Shown one piece after another: positions 20,106 to 29,390 of a stretch of DNA of 64,000 nt. The stretch's first letter is position 1. Every line of letters begins with the position of its first letter. The notes beneath the pieces were generated by a model. The model did no database searches, was not told the origin of the DNA, and saw nothing but the letters and a program-made list of their open reading frames with translations. Source of the DNA: an uncultured Acidobacteriota bacterium (lineage in GTDB: Bacteria > Acidobacteriota > Thermoanaerobaculia > Multivoradales > UBA5704); the NCBI GenBank assembly GCA_963700145.1, contig OY969474.1, forward strand, positions 192,001 through 256,000, written 5' to 3'. Made by a program: the position numbers and the translations under genes.

Positions 20106-21854
20106 TCAAGTCTCCCGCAACCCGCGGAAGGCCTCAGGCACCAGCTCGAGGTCGCTCGCTTCCTGGACGGCGAGGGCGATCTGGAACTCCAGGGTCTCGC
20201 GCGGCACCGGGTTGCGCCAGGCGGTGAGCTGGCGCTCGAGGGTCTCGAGGGGGCCGGTCGCCTCGGTCTTGCACGCGCGGTAGGTCTTGAAGGCCAGGGT
20301 CTCCGCCGCCGCCGGCGTCAGCAGCTCCGGGATCTTGGCCTCCAGGCGCGCGAAGGCGTCCTTCTCGATCGCCACCCCGTATCGCTTGCACAAGGCCCGG
20401 ATCAGGTGGAAGCCCTCCTCGGCGCTCGTCGTCGGGAAGAGCGGGATCTTCAAGTCGATCCGCCCGGGACGCTTCAAGTCGATCTCGATCAGGTCCGGCC
20501 GGCTCGAAGCCAGGATCCAGATCACCCGCCCGCGGCTCTCCGAGTTGCTCATCTCCTGGGCGATCATCGAGTAGACGCGGCCCGAGAGCCCGGAGTCCCC
20601 GACGCCCGACTCGCGCTTGCCGAGCGTCTGGTCGGCCTCGTCGATGAAGACGAAGCAGCGGCCGAGCGCGCGCAGCAGGCGGAAGATCTTCTCCAGGTTC
20701 CCCTCGGTCGTCCCCACCCACTTGTCGCGGAAGTTCTTGATCTTGACCACCGGCACCCCCGCCTCGCCGGCCAGGCACTCGGCGAGGTAGGTCTTGCCGG
20801 TCCCCACCGGCCCGCAGAGGAGATACCCGCGCGGCAGCGCCTTCAGCTCGTTGCGCCGCCAGAGCGCCAGGTCCTGCCGCAGCCAGGCCTTGAGCTTCTC
20901 CTGGCCGTAGAGGTCGTCGAAGGTGAGGCGCGAGGAGACGAACTCGATCAGCCCGGCGAGCTCGGTCTCGACCATCTGCTTCTTGAGCTCGACCAGGTCG
21001 GGCGGGCGGAGCGGCTCGCGCCGGTACTCCTTGACCTTGAGCAGGCTCTCGATCGCGGCGAGCGACGCCCCGGCCAGCTCGCGCGCCACGTTCGGCAGGT
21101 CGCCGCGCAGCTCGGCGAGCGCCGTGGGACAGCTCGGCGCGATCAGCTCGAGCGCCGCCTCGATCTCCGCCGGCTCGGGCAGCGGCACCTTGACCGCCGG
21201 CGCGCGGGGGTTGGTGGCGAGGAGCGGGTGGAGGTCGTTGAAGCTCTCGGTGACCAGGAACGACACCAGCGGGTGGCGGGTCAGCAGCTCCTCGCTCGAC
21301 CAGTCGCGCACCAGGAGCGCCAGGGCGTGGACGTCCTGGCCGGCGCCCTCGGCCGGCACCACCAGGTGCGCCGCCTTGACCACCACCGCCACGTGCTGCG
21401 CCGGCTGGCCGATGCGCGCGAGGTTGGCGCAGTAGCGGAAGTAGCGGCCGACGGTCTCCAGCGCCGGCCGCGGCGCGCGCGGGAACTCCTGCCCCTCCTG
21501 GAAGCCCGGCCAGCGGGTGTAGAGCTCGCCGCCCTTCTCGACCCGCAGACCGCTGCCGAGGTCGTAGGAGAAGACGACGTCGAAGCGCGGCACCAGGCGG
21601 CGGAGGAAGAAGTCGATGAGGCCGCCGAGGCGGACGGGCGGGGGCGGGGTTGGCGAGGCCGGATCCGCGGGCTCGGCGCCGGCGGCGCCGGCGGCCGGAG
21701 GCGGCGGCCCCGCCGGCAGGAGCAGCCGGTCGTTGACGTTGCCGTGGACGATGAACTGGCTCGCGGCGTTCGACTCGTAGAGCTCGACGAGCTGCGCCGC
21801 CCAGGCGGGACCGCCCCTCGCCGTGCGCGGAGGCGGGGCTGCCGTGGTGCTCAC
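20106..21854 (-). CDS. Classical-clade AAA+ ATPase with an N-terminal degenerate ATPase-like domain
   Basis: Walker A GPVGTGKT, pore loop DKWVG, Walker B VFIDEAD and SRH SSRPDLIEIDLKRPGRID. Confidence 0.9.
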   Translation of the reverse strand: MSTTAAPPPRTARGGPAWAAQLVELYESNAASQFIVHGNVNDRLLLPAGPPPPAAGAAGAEPADPASPTPPPPVRLGGLIDFFLRRLVPRFDVVFSYDLGSGLRVEKGGELYTRWPGFQEGQEFPRAPRPALETVGRYFRYCANLARIGQPAQHVAVVVKAAHLVVPAEGAGQDVHALALLVRDWSSEELLTRHPLVSFLVTESFNDLHPLLATNPRAPAVKVPLPEPAEIEAALELIAPSCPTALAELRGDLPNVARELAGASLAAIESLLKVKEYRREPLRPPDLVELKKQMVETELAGLIEFVSSRLTFDDLYGQEKLKAWLRQDLALWRRNELKALPRGYLLCGPVGTGKTYLAECLAGEAGVPVVKIKNFRDKWVGTTEGNLEKIFRLLRALGRCFVFIDEADQTLGKRESGVGDSGLSGRVYSMIAQEMSNSESRGRVIWILASSRPDLIEIDLKRPGRIDLKIPLFPTTSAEEGFHLIRALCKRYGVAIEKDAFARLEAKIPELLTPAAAETLAFKTYRACKTEATGPLETLERQLTAWRNPVPRETLEFQIALAVQEASDLELVPEAFRGLRET

Positions 21855-22609
21855 GCCTGCTGCGCTTCCGGTCCCATGGTCTTGGCCGGGGCCTCGGTGG
21901 CGGCCGGCTCGGCCTCGCCGGGGAGGGGCTCGAGCGCGATCCCCTCGCGCGCCGCGAACTCGGCCAGCGCTTGCTCGGCGAGCGCGTTCTGCTCGGCGCC
22001 CTTCAAGTCGATCTGCGAAGTGTCCATCGAGTCCTTGGCCACCCGCGCCCGCCCGGCCGCCTTCTCCCGCTCCTCCTCGACCATCGTGTGCAGCCGGTCG
22101 AGCGTGTCGCCCGAGCCGCCGATCGTCGAGATCATGCCGCTCGCCATCTCGGTCAGCTCGGCCATCGCGCGCTTGACCTTCAGGTCGTCGAGGCTGTGCT
22201 TGAGCATCTCGATCTTGGTGCGCGCCGCGTTGACCGCCACGTCGCGGGCCTTGAGCAGGCTCTTGTAGGTCTCCTCGGCGGCGGCGAGCTGCGTGCGGTT
22301 CTCCTGGAGCTGCCGCTCGATCGTCTGCAGGCGCAGGGCGTACTGGCCGGCGACCTCGCGGTTGCCGGCCTTCAGGTTGGCGCTCGCCTTGGCGCGCAGG
22401 TCGCGCTGCTCGATCTCCAGGCGCTTGACCTGGGTCATCAGCCGCTCGCAGAGCCCGGCGTGGGCGGCGAGCCCCTGGTTGTACTCGGCGATCTGCTTCC
22501 GCAGGTTCTCCTTCTCGGCCTCGAGCAGCGCCTCGGGGTTGCGCTTCTCGAGCCCGCTCACGAAGAGCGACAGGAACCCGCGGATCAGGTTGGCGATGCG
22601 TTGGAACAT
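21851..22609 (-). CDS. PspA/IM30 (bacterial ESCRT-III-like) coiled-coil protein
   Basis: Amphipathic N-terminus MFQRIANLIRGFLSLFV...LEKRNPEALLE; long coiled coil; EEEREKAAGRARVA; overlaps the ATPase start (GTGA). Confidence 0.85.
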   Translation of the reverse strand: MFQRIANLIRGFLSLFVSGLEKRNPEALLEAEKENLRKQIAEYNQGLAAHAGLCERLMTQVKRLEIEQRDLRAKASANLKAGNREVAGQYALRLQTIERQLQENRTQLAAAEETYKSLLKARDVAVNAARTKIEMLKHSLDDLKVKRAMAELTEMASGMISTIGGSGDTLDRLHTMVEEEREKAAGRARVAKDSMDTSQIDLKGAEQNALAEQALAEFAAREGIALEPLPGEAEPAATEAPAKTMGPEAQQA

Positions 22610-22663
22610 GGCGACCTCCCGGATGAGCGCGGGGATCTTACCGTAGCGGGCGGCGGGGCGCGG

Positions 22664-23113
22664 CTATGACGCCTTGGAGCCGAGGCGGCCGGGCGGCCGA
22701 TCGTCCAGCTCGTCGTCCAGGTCCGCCGCCCGCTTGGCGCCGCGCCCCTCCTTCGCATGCATCTCGGAGAGGGCGCTCTGGAGGTTCGTGAACGAGCGCT
22801 GGAGGACGCGGAGGAGCTCGTCGAAGCTGGGATCGCGCGGCTGGGCAGGAAGGGGCGCCGGCGGCGCCGCCGGGGCCGCGCCGTAGACCTCGGCGAAGAA
22901 CTCGGCCGGCCGCACGCCAAGGACGTCGAGGAGCCTGAGCACGTGCTCGAAGCGCAGCTTGACCGAGCCGCGCAGCACCTGCCGCAGGTAGTCGCGGCCC
23001 ATCCCCGACCGCTCTTCCACTTCCTTGTAGGTCAGGCCGGCTTCCCGGATCTTCCGCTTCAGCCCCTCGGCGACCTTGCGGACCTCGTCCTCGGAGCGGT
23101 CCTCGATCGTCAT
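22664..23113 (-). CDS. XRE-family HTH transcriptional regulator
   Basis: LKRKIREAGLTYKEVEERSGMGRDYLRQVLRGSVKLRFEHVLRLLDVLGV.PAEFF. Confidence 0.85.
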   Translation of the reverse strand: MTIEDRSEDEVRKVAEGLKRKIREAGLTYKEVEERSGMGRDYLRQVLRGSVKLRFEHVLRLLDVLGVRPAEFFAEVYGAAPAAPPAPLPAQPRDPSFDELLRVLQRSFTNLQSALSEMHAKEGRGAKRAADLDDELDDRPPGRLGSKAS

Positions 23114-23177
23114 GCCGGACTGGAGTTTAACGCAACCCTGGCGTTGTGATTTTATCCGCACAGGGTTCCTTGATGGG

Positions 23178-23207
23178 TTGACTGCCATCCTCGTATGGCC
23201 GTAAAGT
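23178..23207 (+). promoter_or_regulatory. Putative sigma70-type promoter upstream of the 21-bp array
   Basis: TTGACT-N18-TAAAGT in the AT-richer divergent intergenic region. Confidence 0.35.
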
Positions 23208-23263
23208 CACCGCATGAGGCTGAATTCTCTCCGAATGCGGAGGACTTCCCTCCGCACCTCCTC

Positions 23264-23578
23264 GGGAAGCTTCCCGCCCGGCGCCGGAAGCTTCCGGACC
23301 GCCTCCGGAAGCTTCCCGTCCGGGTCCGGAGGCTTCCGGACCGCCTCCGGAAGCTTCCCGGCGAGGTGCGGAAGCTTCCCGTCGAGGTGCGGAAGCTTCC
23401 GGTTCACCTCCGGAAGCTTCCCGTCCACGTCCGGAAGCTTCCGCTCCAGGTCCGGAAGCTTCCCGACCGCCTCCGGAAGCTTCCCGGCCGGGTCCGGAAG
23501 CTTCCCCTCCACCCCCGGAAGCTTCCGGACCGCCCGCGGAGGCTTCCCGGGCCGGTCCGGAAGCCTCCCGACCCCCTC
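23264..23578. repeat. Tandem array of 15 x 21-bp units with palindromic GGAAGCTTCC core and variable linker
   Basis: Units start every 21 bp from 23264 to 23558; 12 of 15 carry the exact core, three have one mismatch. Confidence 0.95.
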
Positions 23579-23623
23579 CATCCCGCCGGCCCGCCGGCCG
23601 GCACTTACCATAGGAGACGCCCC

Positions 23624-24001
23624 ATGCCCGAGACGTCGATCGCAGACAAGGTCACCCGTTGGAGGAGCCTGGCCGACGCCATGCAGAGCCGGATCGTGGA
23701 GTACCCCCAACTCGCGGAGGAGCACGCCGAGCTGGCGGCGGAGGTCGCGAAGATGGAAGCGCTGATCGTCACCGAGGACGCCTTCACCGCCCGCCTCCGC
23801 GACACCTTCGCCAAGCGCCGCGAGACCGAGATCCGCTGCCTGGACATGGCCGCCCGCTGCACCACCGGCCTCCAGAGCCACTACGGCAAGCGCAGCCAGG
23901 AGCTCCGCCACTTCGGCATCGGCCCCTTGCTGCCCCGCCGCAAGCGGAAGGAGGAGGAGCAGAAGAAGGCGGAGCAGGAGAAGGCGCAGAAGAGCGCGTA
24001 G
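23624..24001 (+). CDS. Small helical hypothetical protein (ends HYGKRSQELRHFGIGP + basic tail)
   Basis: AGGAGA RBS before ATG 23624; resembles a small-protein family I recall as expanded in Thermoanaerobaculia (not verified). Confidence 0.75.
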   Translation: MPETSIADKVTRWRSLADAMQSRIVEYPQLAEEHAELAAEVAKMEALIVTEDAFTARLRDTFAKRRETEIRCLDMAARCTTGLQSHYGKRSQELRHFGIGPLLPRRKRKEEEQKKAEQEKAQKSA

Positions 24002-24122
24002 GACGGCTGTGCCGCCTGCCGGGATGGATCAACTTCAGCCCGCGGGCCGCTTCGTACTGGTTGTCCGGTCTTTTCGACCGCCTTGCCGAGCAGGTGCTCG
24101 AGCAAGGCGGTTCTTCTTTGAG

Positions 24123-24848
24123 TCAGGCAGGGCCGAGGGCTTCATCCAATTTGTACATCAGGAGGCTAGCAACGAAGAGCAAGTGAAGGCCGCGTAGGGC
24201 ATTGATCTCCACATTCGCATGAGCCTTCGGGTTTCTGATGCCAGTCATCGCCCCAGCGAAGATCTGCATGTAGCCCTTCTGCTCGTCTCTACCTGAATCG
24301 CCGCCGAGGTCAGCTAGTGTAATGACAGGGTTGGTTATTGAAAATGCACGGTTCATCAGGTCGGCTCCGTCGAACTCTTGCTTAGTCCTTGTCTTAACGG
24401 CTGCCTTGACCCGAGCGTTGACTTCCTTTAACGCTGCCTCGACGGCATCGGCGTAATGAGCAGCGGAGAATCGCGGTTCTGCGATTTCAGCGATCCGCGG
24501 ATGCATGAGATCCCACAAGCCCTCTGCCTCAGAGGGGGTCGGAGCAGGTATGGTGATCTCCTCTTGAAGCGTTGCTATGAGATTAGGTGACTGCTGGTAC
24601 TTCGGGCAGTCTACCGGACATTTCGGCCACGAATAACTGCTAGGAGCCGAGCGTGCTGTCCGGTCTAGGGGTACGTTGCGAGCAGGTATCCGCTTTGCCC
24701 AGTCCTCGACACAGTTCGGATAGAAAGCGCGAAGGTGCCCCTTCTCCACGCGGAGGGAACAACAATCTTTGACTTGCCCGCTCGCGAACAAGCGTAGCAG
24801 GTGTCCGACTACCTCGCCCTTCGACCAGATATCGATCTTGGCAGACAT
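24123..24848 (-). CDS. TIGR02391 (Ymh-like) domain protein with a Cys-rich N-terminus
   Basis: HPRI...HYADAVEAA...DGADLMNRAF...EQKGYMQIFAGAMTGIRNPKAH; visibly lower GC than the flanks. Confidence 0.85.
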   Translation of the reverse strand: MSAKIDIWSKGEVVGHLLRLFASGQVKDCCSLRVEKGHLRAFYPNCVEDWAKRIPARNVPLDRTARSAPSSYSWPKCPVDCPKYQQSPNLIATLQEEITIPAPTPSEAEGLWDLMHPRIAEIAEPRFSAAHYADAVEAALKEVNARVKAAVKTRTKQEFDGADLMNRAFSITNPVITLADLGGDSGRDEQKGYMQIFAGAMTGIRNPKAHANVEINALRGLHLLFVASLLMYKLDEALGPA

Positions 24849-24952
24849 AATGCGTCGCTCTAGCAGCCCTGATGGTTAACGTCACGTACCCTGAAACCGA
24901 CCAAGTCGATGCCACGTCGCCTTGATCGGCACGAGTGCTGCGCCGCCTGCCT

Positions 24953-25510
24953 CTACGCGAAGATCTCGGCGAGCGGGATCGAGAGCCCCGGCAGGAGAGG
25001 CGTGGCGAGGACGTCCACACCCTCGACCGAGAGCTCCGCTACGAGGACGAGACCTTCGCCGGTACGGCGGTACACCCTGACGGTCTCGAATACCGGGTCG
25101 GCGAGCCAATACTCCCTCACGCCGAAGCGGTCGTAGAGCTCGAGCTTCCGCTTCTCGTCCATCTTTCGCGTGGAGTCGGAGAGGACCTCGATCACCAGGT
25201 CGGGGGCGCCCTGAACGTTACGCGCAGTGAGGAGCTCCGACCGGTCCTGCGAGACGAAGAGGAGGTCCGGCTCGACGAAGTTTGACGGCGTGAAGACGAC
25301 ATCGCACGGCGCGAGGTAGACCTTGCCGATCGAACGGGTGCGCAGGAAGTGGCGCAGGAGGTAGTGGAAGTTGCCGACAATCCACTGGTGTTTGAGGCTC
25401 GGCGCCGGCGACACGTAGTGTTCCCCGTCGATCAGCTCGTGGCGGAGGCCGTCGTCGGGGAGGGCCAGGAGATCCTCGTAGGTGAGCTGGCGATGGGCGG
25501 TGCGTGCCAT
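24953..25510 (-). CDS. Uma2/DUF820 family PD-(D/E)xK endonuclease
   Basis: LPDDGLRHELIDG...PAP..KHQ...VEPDLLFV...GAPDLVIEVLS...K..LY...GVREYW. Confidence 0.92.
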   Translation of the reverse strand: MARTAHRQLTYEDLLALPDDGLRHELIDGEHYVSPAPSLKHQWIVGNFHYLLRHFLRTRSIGKVYLAPCDVVFTPSNFVEPDLLFVSQDRSELLTARNVQGAPDLVIEVLSDSTRKMDEKRKLELYDRFGVREYWLADPVFETVRVYRRTGEGLVLVAELSVEGVDVLATPLLPGLSIPLAEIFA

Positions 25511-25537
25511 GAATCCGTCCTCAGTGACCCGCTGAAT

Positions 25538-25729
25538 CTAGCACCCGCCGCCGCGCCTGCGGCCCCGGCCCCGTGCGGCCTCACCAGTAAGACGGAAAAC
25601 AGCCGGCGAGTCGTGCATGCGGCGGGCGTACTTGTTTGGCCGAGCCCGGCTGAAGTCGTACTCCGGGAGGATCTCGTCGTACTCGACTTGGTCCTCAGCG
25701 CTTTCCTTCTTTGGCGGTTCCTGACTCAT
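25538..25729 (-). pseudogene. Truncated antitoxin-like fragment (PEYDFS..RPNKYA type)
   Basis: MSQEPPKK...EILPEYDFSRARPNKYARR, then the similarity is lost; no cognate toxin nearby. Confidence 0.45.
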
Positions 25730-25754
25730 GCCTACGCGAAGATTCTGGCCGGAC

Positions 25755-26312
25755 CTACCAGAAAATCTCGGCGACAGGAATCTCGAGGTCCGGCAGCAGC
25801 GGCGTGGTGAGGACGTCGCCGGATTCGGCGGAAAGCTCCGCGACGGGGCGCAGGGCGCCGTCAATGCGGCGGAAGACCTCGATCGTTTCGAACGAGGGCT
25901 CGACCAGCCAGTACTCGCGTACACCCATGCGGTCGTAGAGCTGATGCTTGACGCCTTGGTCGCGCTTGCGGGTTGAGGGCGAGAGGATTTCCACGACCAG
26001 GTCGGGCGCGCCTTGGACGTTCGCCTCGGTCAAGACGTTCAGGCGCTCGCGCGAGACGAAGAGGAGGTCGGGCTCGACGACGTCCGAGGGCGAAAACACG
26101 ACATCGTACGGCGCAATGAACAAACGTCCCAGGTCGTGGCGCTTGGCAAACGAGGCAATGGCGGCCGTGAGGTTCACCACCACTGCCTGGTGCTTTGTGT
26201 TCGGCGCCGGCGTCACGTAGTGCTCCCCGTCGATCAGCTCGTGGCGGAGGCCGTCGTCGGGGAGGGCCAGGAGGTCCTCGTAGGTGAGCCTGCGATGAGC
26301 CGTGCGTGCCAT
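25755..26312 (-). CDS. Uma2/DUF820 family endonuclease (paralog 2)
   Basis: Near-identical N-terminus to the 24953 copy; same catalytic motifs. Confidence 0.92.
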   Translation of the reverse strand: MARTAHRRLTYEDLLALPDDGLRHELIDGEHYVTPAPNTKHQAVVVNLTAAIASFAKRHDLGRLFIAPYDVVFSPSDVVEPDLLFVSRERLNVLTEANVQGAPDLVVEILSPSTRKRDQGVKHQLYDRMGVREYWLVEPSFETIEVFRRIDGALRPVAELSAESGDVLTTPLLPDLEIPVAEIFW

Positions 26313-26417
26313 GGACTGTCCTCGTGACCAGCTTACCCTAGCGACCGCCGGCGCTTCCTCCGCACTCGATAAGACGGAAAGTGAGGAGGAATTCGTGCAA
26401 TGCGCGCCGCCAAGGGC

Positions 26418-26973
26418 CTACGCGAAGATCCTGGCCAGCGGGATCTCGAGGCCTGGGAGCAGGGGCGTGGTGAGCAGATCGCCAGCCGCGGCGGAGAGCT
26501 CGGCGACCTTAGTGAAGACGAGGTCGGCCCAGCGGTAGACCTTGACGGCGTCCAAGACCGGGTCGACGATCCAGTACTCCCTAACGCCGAAGCGCTCGTA
26601 GAGCTGCAGCTTGACGACCTCGTCCATCCGGCGCGTCGTGTCCGAGACGATCTCGACCAGCAGGTCGGGCATGCCCTGCGCGTTGTCCTCGGTGAAGATG
26701 TTCGAGCGCTTTGCTGACGTAGAGAAGGTCTGGCTCGACGACGTCGATAGGCGAGAGCACGACGTCGAAGCGAGCAAAGAGGACTTCTCCGAGCCGGTGC
26801 TCCTTCAGAAAAGTGCCCAGCTCGACAGCGATGTTCATCGAAATTGTTTGGTGCTTGAGGTTCGGTGAAGTCCAGATGTGGTGCTCCCCTTCGATCAGCT
26901 CGTGACGCTTGCCGTCGTCGGGTAGTTTCTGGAGATCGCGCCACGTAACCTGGAGATGAGCTGGGAGGGCCAT
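26418..26973 (-). pseudogene. Uma2/DUF820 endonuclease (paralog 3), frameshifted
   Basis: MALPAH...VVEPDLLYVSK in one frame continues as SNIFTEDNAQGMPDLLVEIVS... in another; shift at about 26708. Confidence 0.85.
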
Positions 26974-27050
26974 GGCGATGTCGATTTCGGCCATTCTAAC
27001 CCTTTGCCCGCCACCCGCTTGCGGGAGTCGGCCGGGTAGAGAGGGCCGGA

Positions 27051-28292
27051 TCAGCGGGAAGCGGGAGGATTGGCCGGCAGCAACTCGAGCCCGTCGCGGA
27101 GCACGCGGTCGTAGCGGTCCCAGAGGCCGCCGGTTTCGGGGGGGCGGAAGTTGACGGTGATCGTGACCAGCTCGCGGCGGTTGTTCGGCAGGTAGTAGAC
27201 CAGGCGCCGTGGGGAGGCGGCGGGGCCCTGTAGGGCGCGGCGGCCGCGGAGGCCGGAGGTTGTGACCCAGCCGGTCTCCTCGACGACGGTGTGGAGCCGG
27301 CGGTCGTGCTGCAGCCGGTCGGCGACCTCTTGGTCGAAGGTGCGGCCCGCCGGGATCGCGGCGACGCGGACGTCGATCGCCGCCTCGGGCGCGGCGATCG
27401 TCGCCCACGTGGTGTCGGCGCGCTCGACCGTCCAGCCGGGGGGCAGGTGGAGGCGGACGCCGGCACGTTTGAAGGCAATCGCCTTGCCTCCTGCCAGCTT
27501 CTCCGGCGGCGCCGCGGCCGCCGCGGTGTCGCCGCGCGGCGGCAGCAGCGGCCGCAGCTTCTGCATGCCCAGCACCCACTCGACCGGGCTCTGGGCGACG
27601 CCGAGCGGCGGGAAGGCGCGCATGCCAAAGCACGCCAGACGCCCGGCGAGGTCCGGGCGCTCGCGCCAGCCCTCGTCGCCGAGGACGTACCAGCGCAGCT
27701 CCCCGGTGCGCAGGGAGGGCACGAGGTAGGGTGTCTCCTCCTCGTTCTCGGCGTCGTTGCAGTCGATGCGCTCTTCGACGACGCCGAGGTCGAGGCGGCC
27801 GTCGCAGTCGACGTCGCCGAGCTGGAAGCGGTGATACCAGGCGGAGAAGCAGCCGTCGACGCGCACGCGGCCCTTGGTCTCGCCGAGGTCGAGCCCGAGG
27901 AGCAGGCGCTTGGCGGCGGGGTCGTGGATGAGGAAGAGGTCGCGGCCGGCCGCGGCCATCGCCGAGCCTTCGCTGGCGATCGTGTACGACGAGAGGTGGA
28001 GCCCGACGCGCCCGTCGCCGAGTAGGAAGGCGGTGACCGGGCGCCCCCACTCGAGCGAGCTGACGTAGGTGTTCTCCTCCTCGGCGAGCGCCGCCGCCGG
28101 CTTGAGCCAGGCGCGCGGCACGGCCAGCGGCTCGCGCCCGGCGCCGGCGAGCGCGGCAAGCCGATACCCCGCCGCGTCCTCGATCAGCTCCCAGCTCTCG
28201 CCGTCGAAGCCGCTCCAGAGGTCGGCGGGGGGCTGGGCGAGGAGCGGGCCCGCGGCAAGCGCCATGAGGACCACGTAGCGGGACGAAACCAT
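27051..28292 (-). CDS. Hypothetical secreted protein
   Basis: Signal-peptide-like N-terminus; GDVDCDGRLDL Ca-binding-like motif; overlaps the pilT stop region. Confidence 0.6.
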   Translation of the reverse strand: MVSSRYVVLMALAAGPLLAQPPADLWSGFDGESWELIEDAAGYRLAALAGAGREPLAVPRAWLKPAAALAEEENTYVSSLEWGRPVTAFLLGDGRVGLHLSSYTIASEGSAMAAAGRDLFLIHDPAAKRLLLGLDLGETKGRVRVDGCFSAWYHRFQLGDVDCDGRLDLGVVEERIDCNDAENEEETPYLVPSLRTGELRWYVLGDEGWRERPDLAGRLACFGMRAFPPLGVAQSPVEWVLGMQKLRPLLPPRGDTAAAAAPPEKLAGGKAIAFKRAGVRLHLPPGWTVERADTTWATIAAPEAAIDVRVAAIPAGRTFDQEVADRLQHDRRLHTVVEETGWVTTSGLRGRRALQGPAASPRRLVYYLPNNRRELVTITVNFRPPETGGLWDRYDRVLRDGLELLPANPPASR

Positions 28293-28296
28293 GCGC

Positions 28297-29361
28297 TCAC
28301 GCCTCCGGCAGCAGCGCCTCGAAGCGCTGCTTCTGGGCGGCTTTCATATAGGCGTCGCGCGGGGTGATTCGTTTCGCTTCGACCAGGGCCATCAGGGCGT
28401 CGTCCATGAGCTGCATGCCGAGGGCCTTGCCGCCCTGGATGATCGACTGGATCATCGGCGTGTTCCCCTCGCGGATGACGTTCGGCAGGCCGGGGGTCTT
28501 GAGCAGGATCTCGTGCGCCGCCACCCGGCCGGCGCCGTCGGCGGTCTTGAGGAGGAGCTGCGAGACGACCGCGGCGAGCGACTCCGAGAGGGTCGTCCGC
28601 ACCTGCGGCTGCTCCGGCGCGGGGAAGGCGTCGATCAGCCGGTCGATGGTGTTGGCGGCGCCGTTGGTGTGGAGAGTGCCGAAGACCAGCGCGCCGGTCT
28701 CGGCGGCGGTGACGGCGAGGGCGATCGTCTCGAGGTCGCGCATCTCGCCGACCAGGACGACGTCGGCGTCCTGGCGCATGGCGGCGCGCAGCGCGGCGCC
28801 GAAGCTCTCGGTGTCCACCCCGACCTCGCGCTGCGAGACGACGCAGCGCTTGTTGGCGTGCACGAACTCGACGGGGTCCTCGATCGTCACTACGTGCTTG
28901 GGGTAGGTCTCGTTGATGCGGTCGAGGATCGCGGCCAGGGTCGTGGACTTGCCCGAGCCGGTGGGGCCGGTGACCAGCACCAGCCCCTGGCGCAGGTGGG
29001 CGAGCCCCTCGATCGAGCGCGGCAGGCCGAGCTGGTCGAACGGCACGATCGTCTCGGGGATCAGGCGGAAGACGGCGGCGGCGCCGTTTTCCTGGCGCAG
29101 GAAGTTGGCGCGGAAGCGCGCCACGCCGTCGAGGCCGTAGGCGAAGTCGAGGTCGCCGGCGCGCTCGTACTCGGCCCACTGCGCGTCGGTGGCGATCTCG
29201 CGCAGCAGGGCGCGGACGGCGGCGTCCGGCAGCACCTCCCAGCCGGGCACCGGCGCCAGGGCGCCGTGGATGCGCACGCGCGGCTCGCGCTCGGCGGCGA
29301 GGTGGAGGTCGGAGCCGCCGCCCTCCTTGAGGTGCCGGAAGAGATCGTCGAGGCGCGCCAT
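28297..29361 (-). CDS. pilT: Type IV pilus retraction ATPase, PilT/PilU family
   Basis: SDLHL, GPTGSGKSTT, TIEDPVE, QREVG, VGEMRD, AETG and GTLHT. Confidence 0.92.
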   Translation of the reverse strand: MARLDDLFRHLKEGGGSDLHLAAEREPRVRIHGALAPVPGWEVLPDAAVRALLREIATDAQWAEYERAGDLDFAYGLDGVARFRANFLRQENGAAAVFRLIPETIVPFDQLGLPRSIEGLAHLRQGLVLVTGPTGSGKSTTLAAILDRINETYPKHVVTIEDPVEFVHANKRCVVSQREVGVDTESFGAALRAAMRQDADVVLVGEMRDLETIALAVTAAETGALVFGTLHTNGAANTIDRLIDAFPAPEQPQVRTTLSESLAAVVSQLLLKTADGAGRVAAHEILLKTPGLPNVIREGNTPMIQSIIQGGKALGMQLMDDALMALVEAKRITPRDAYMKAAQKQRFEALLPEA

Positions 29362-29390
29362 GCGGAGACCTATGAGTCCTTTTCCCCCCG

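Noticed and set aside
23264-23578. CRISPR array
   Set aside because: The constant part is only about 11 bp and the variable part about 10 bp, linkers recur, and there are no cas genes in the window.
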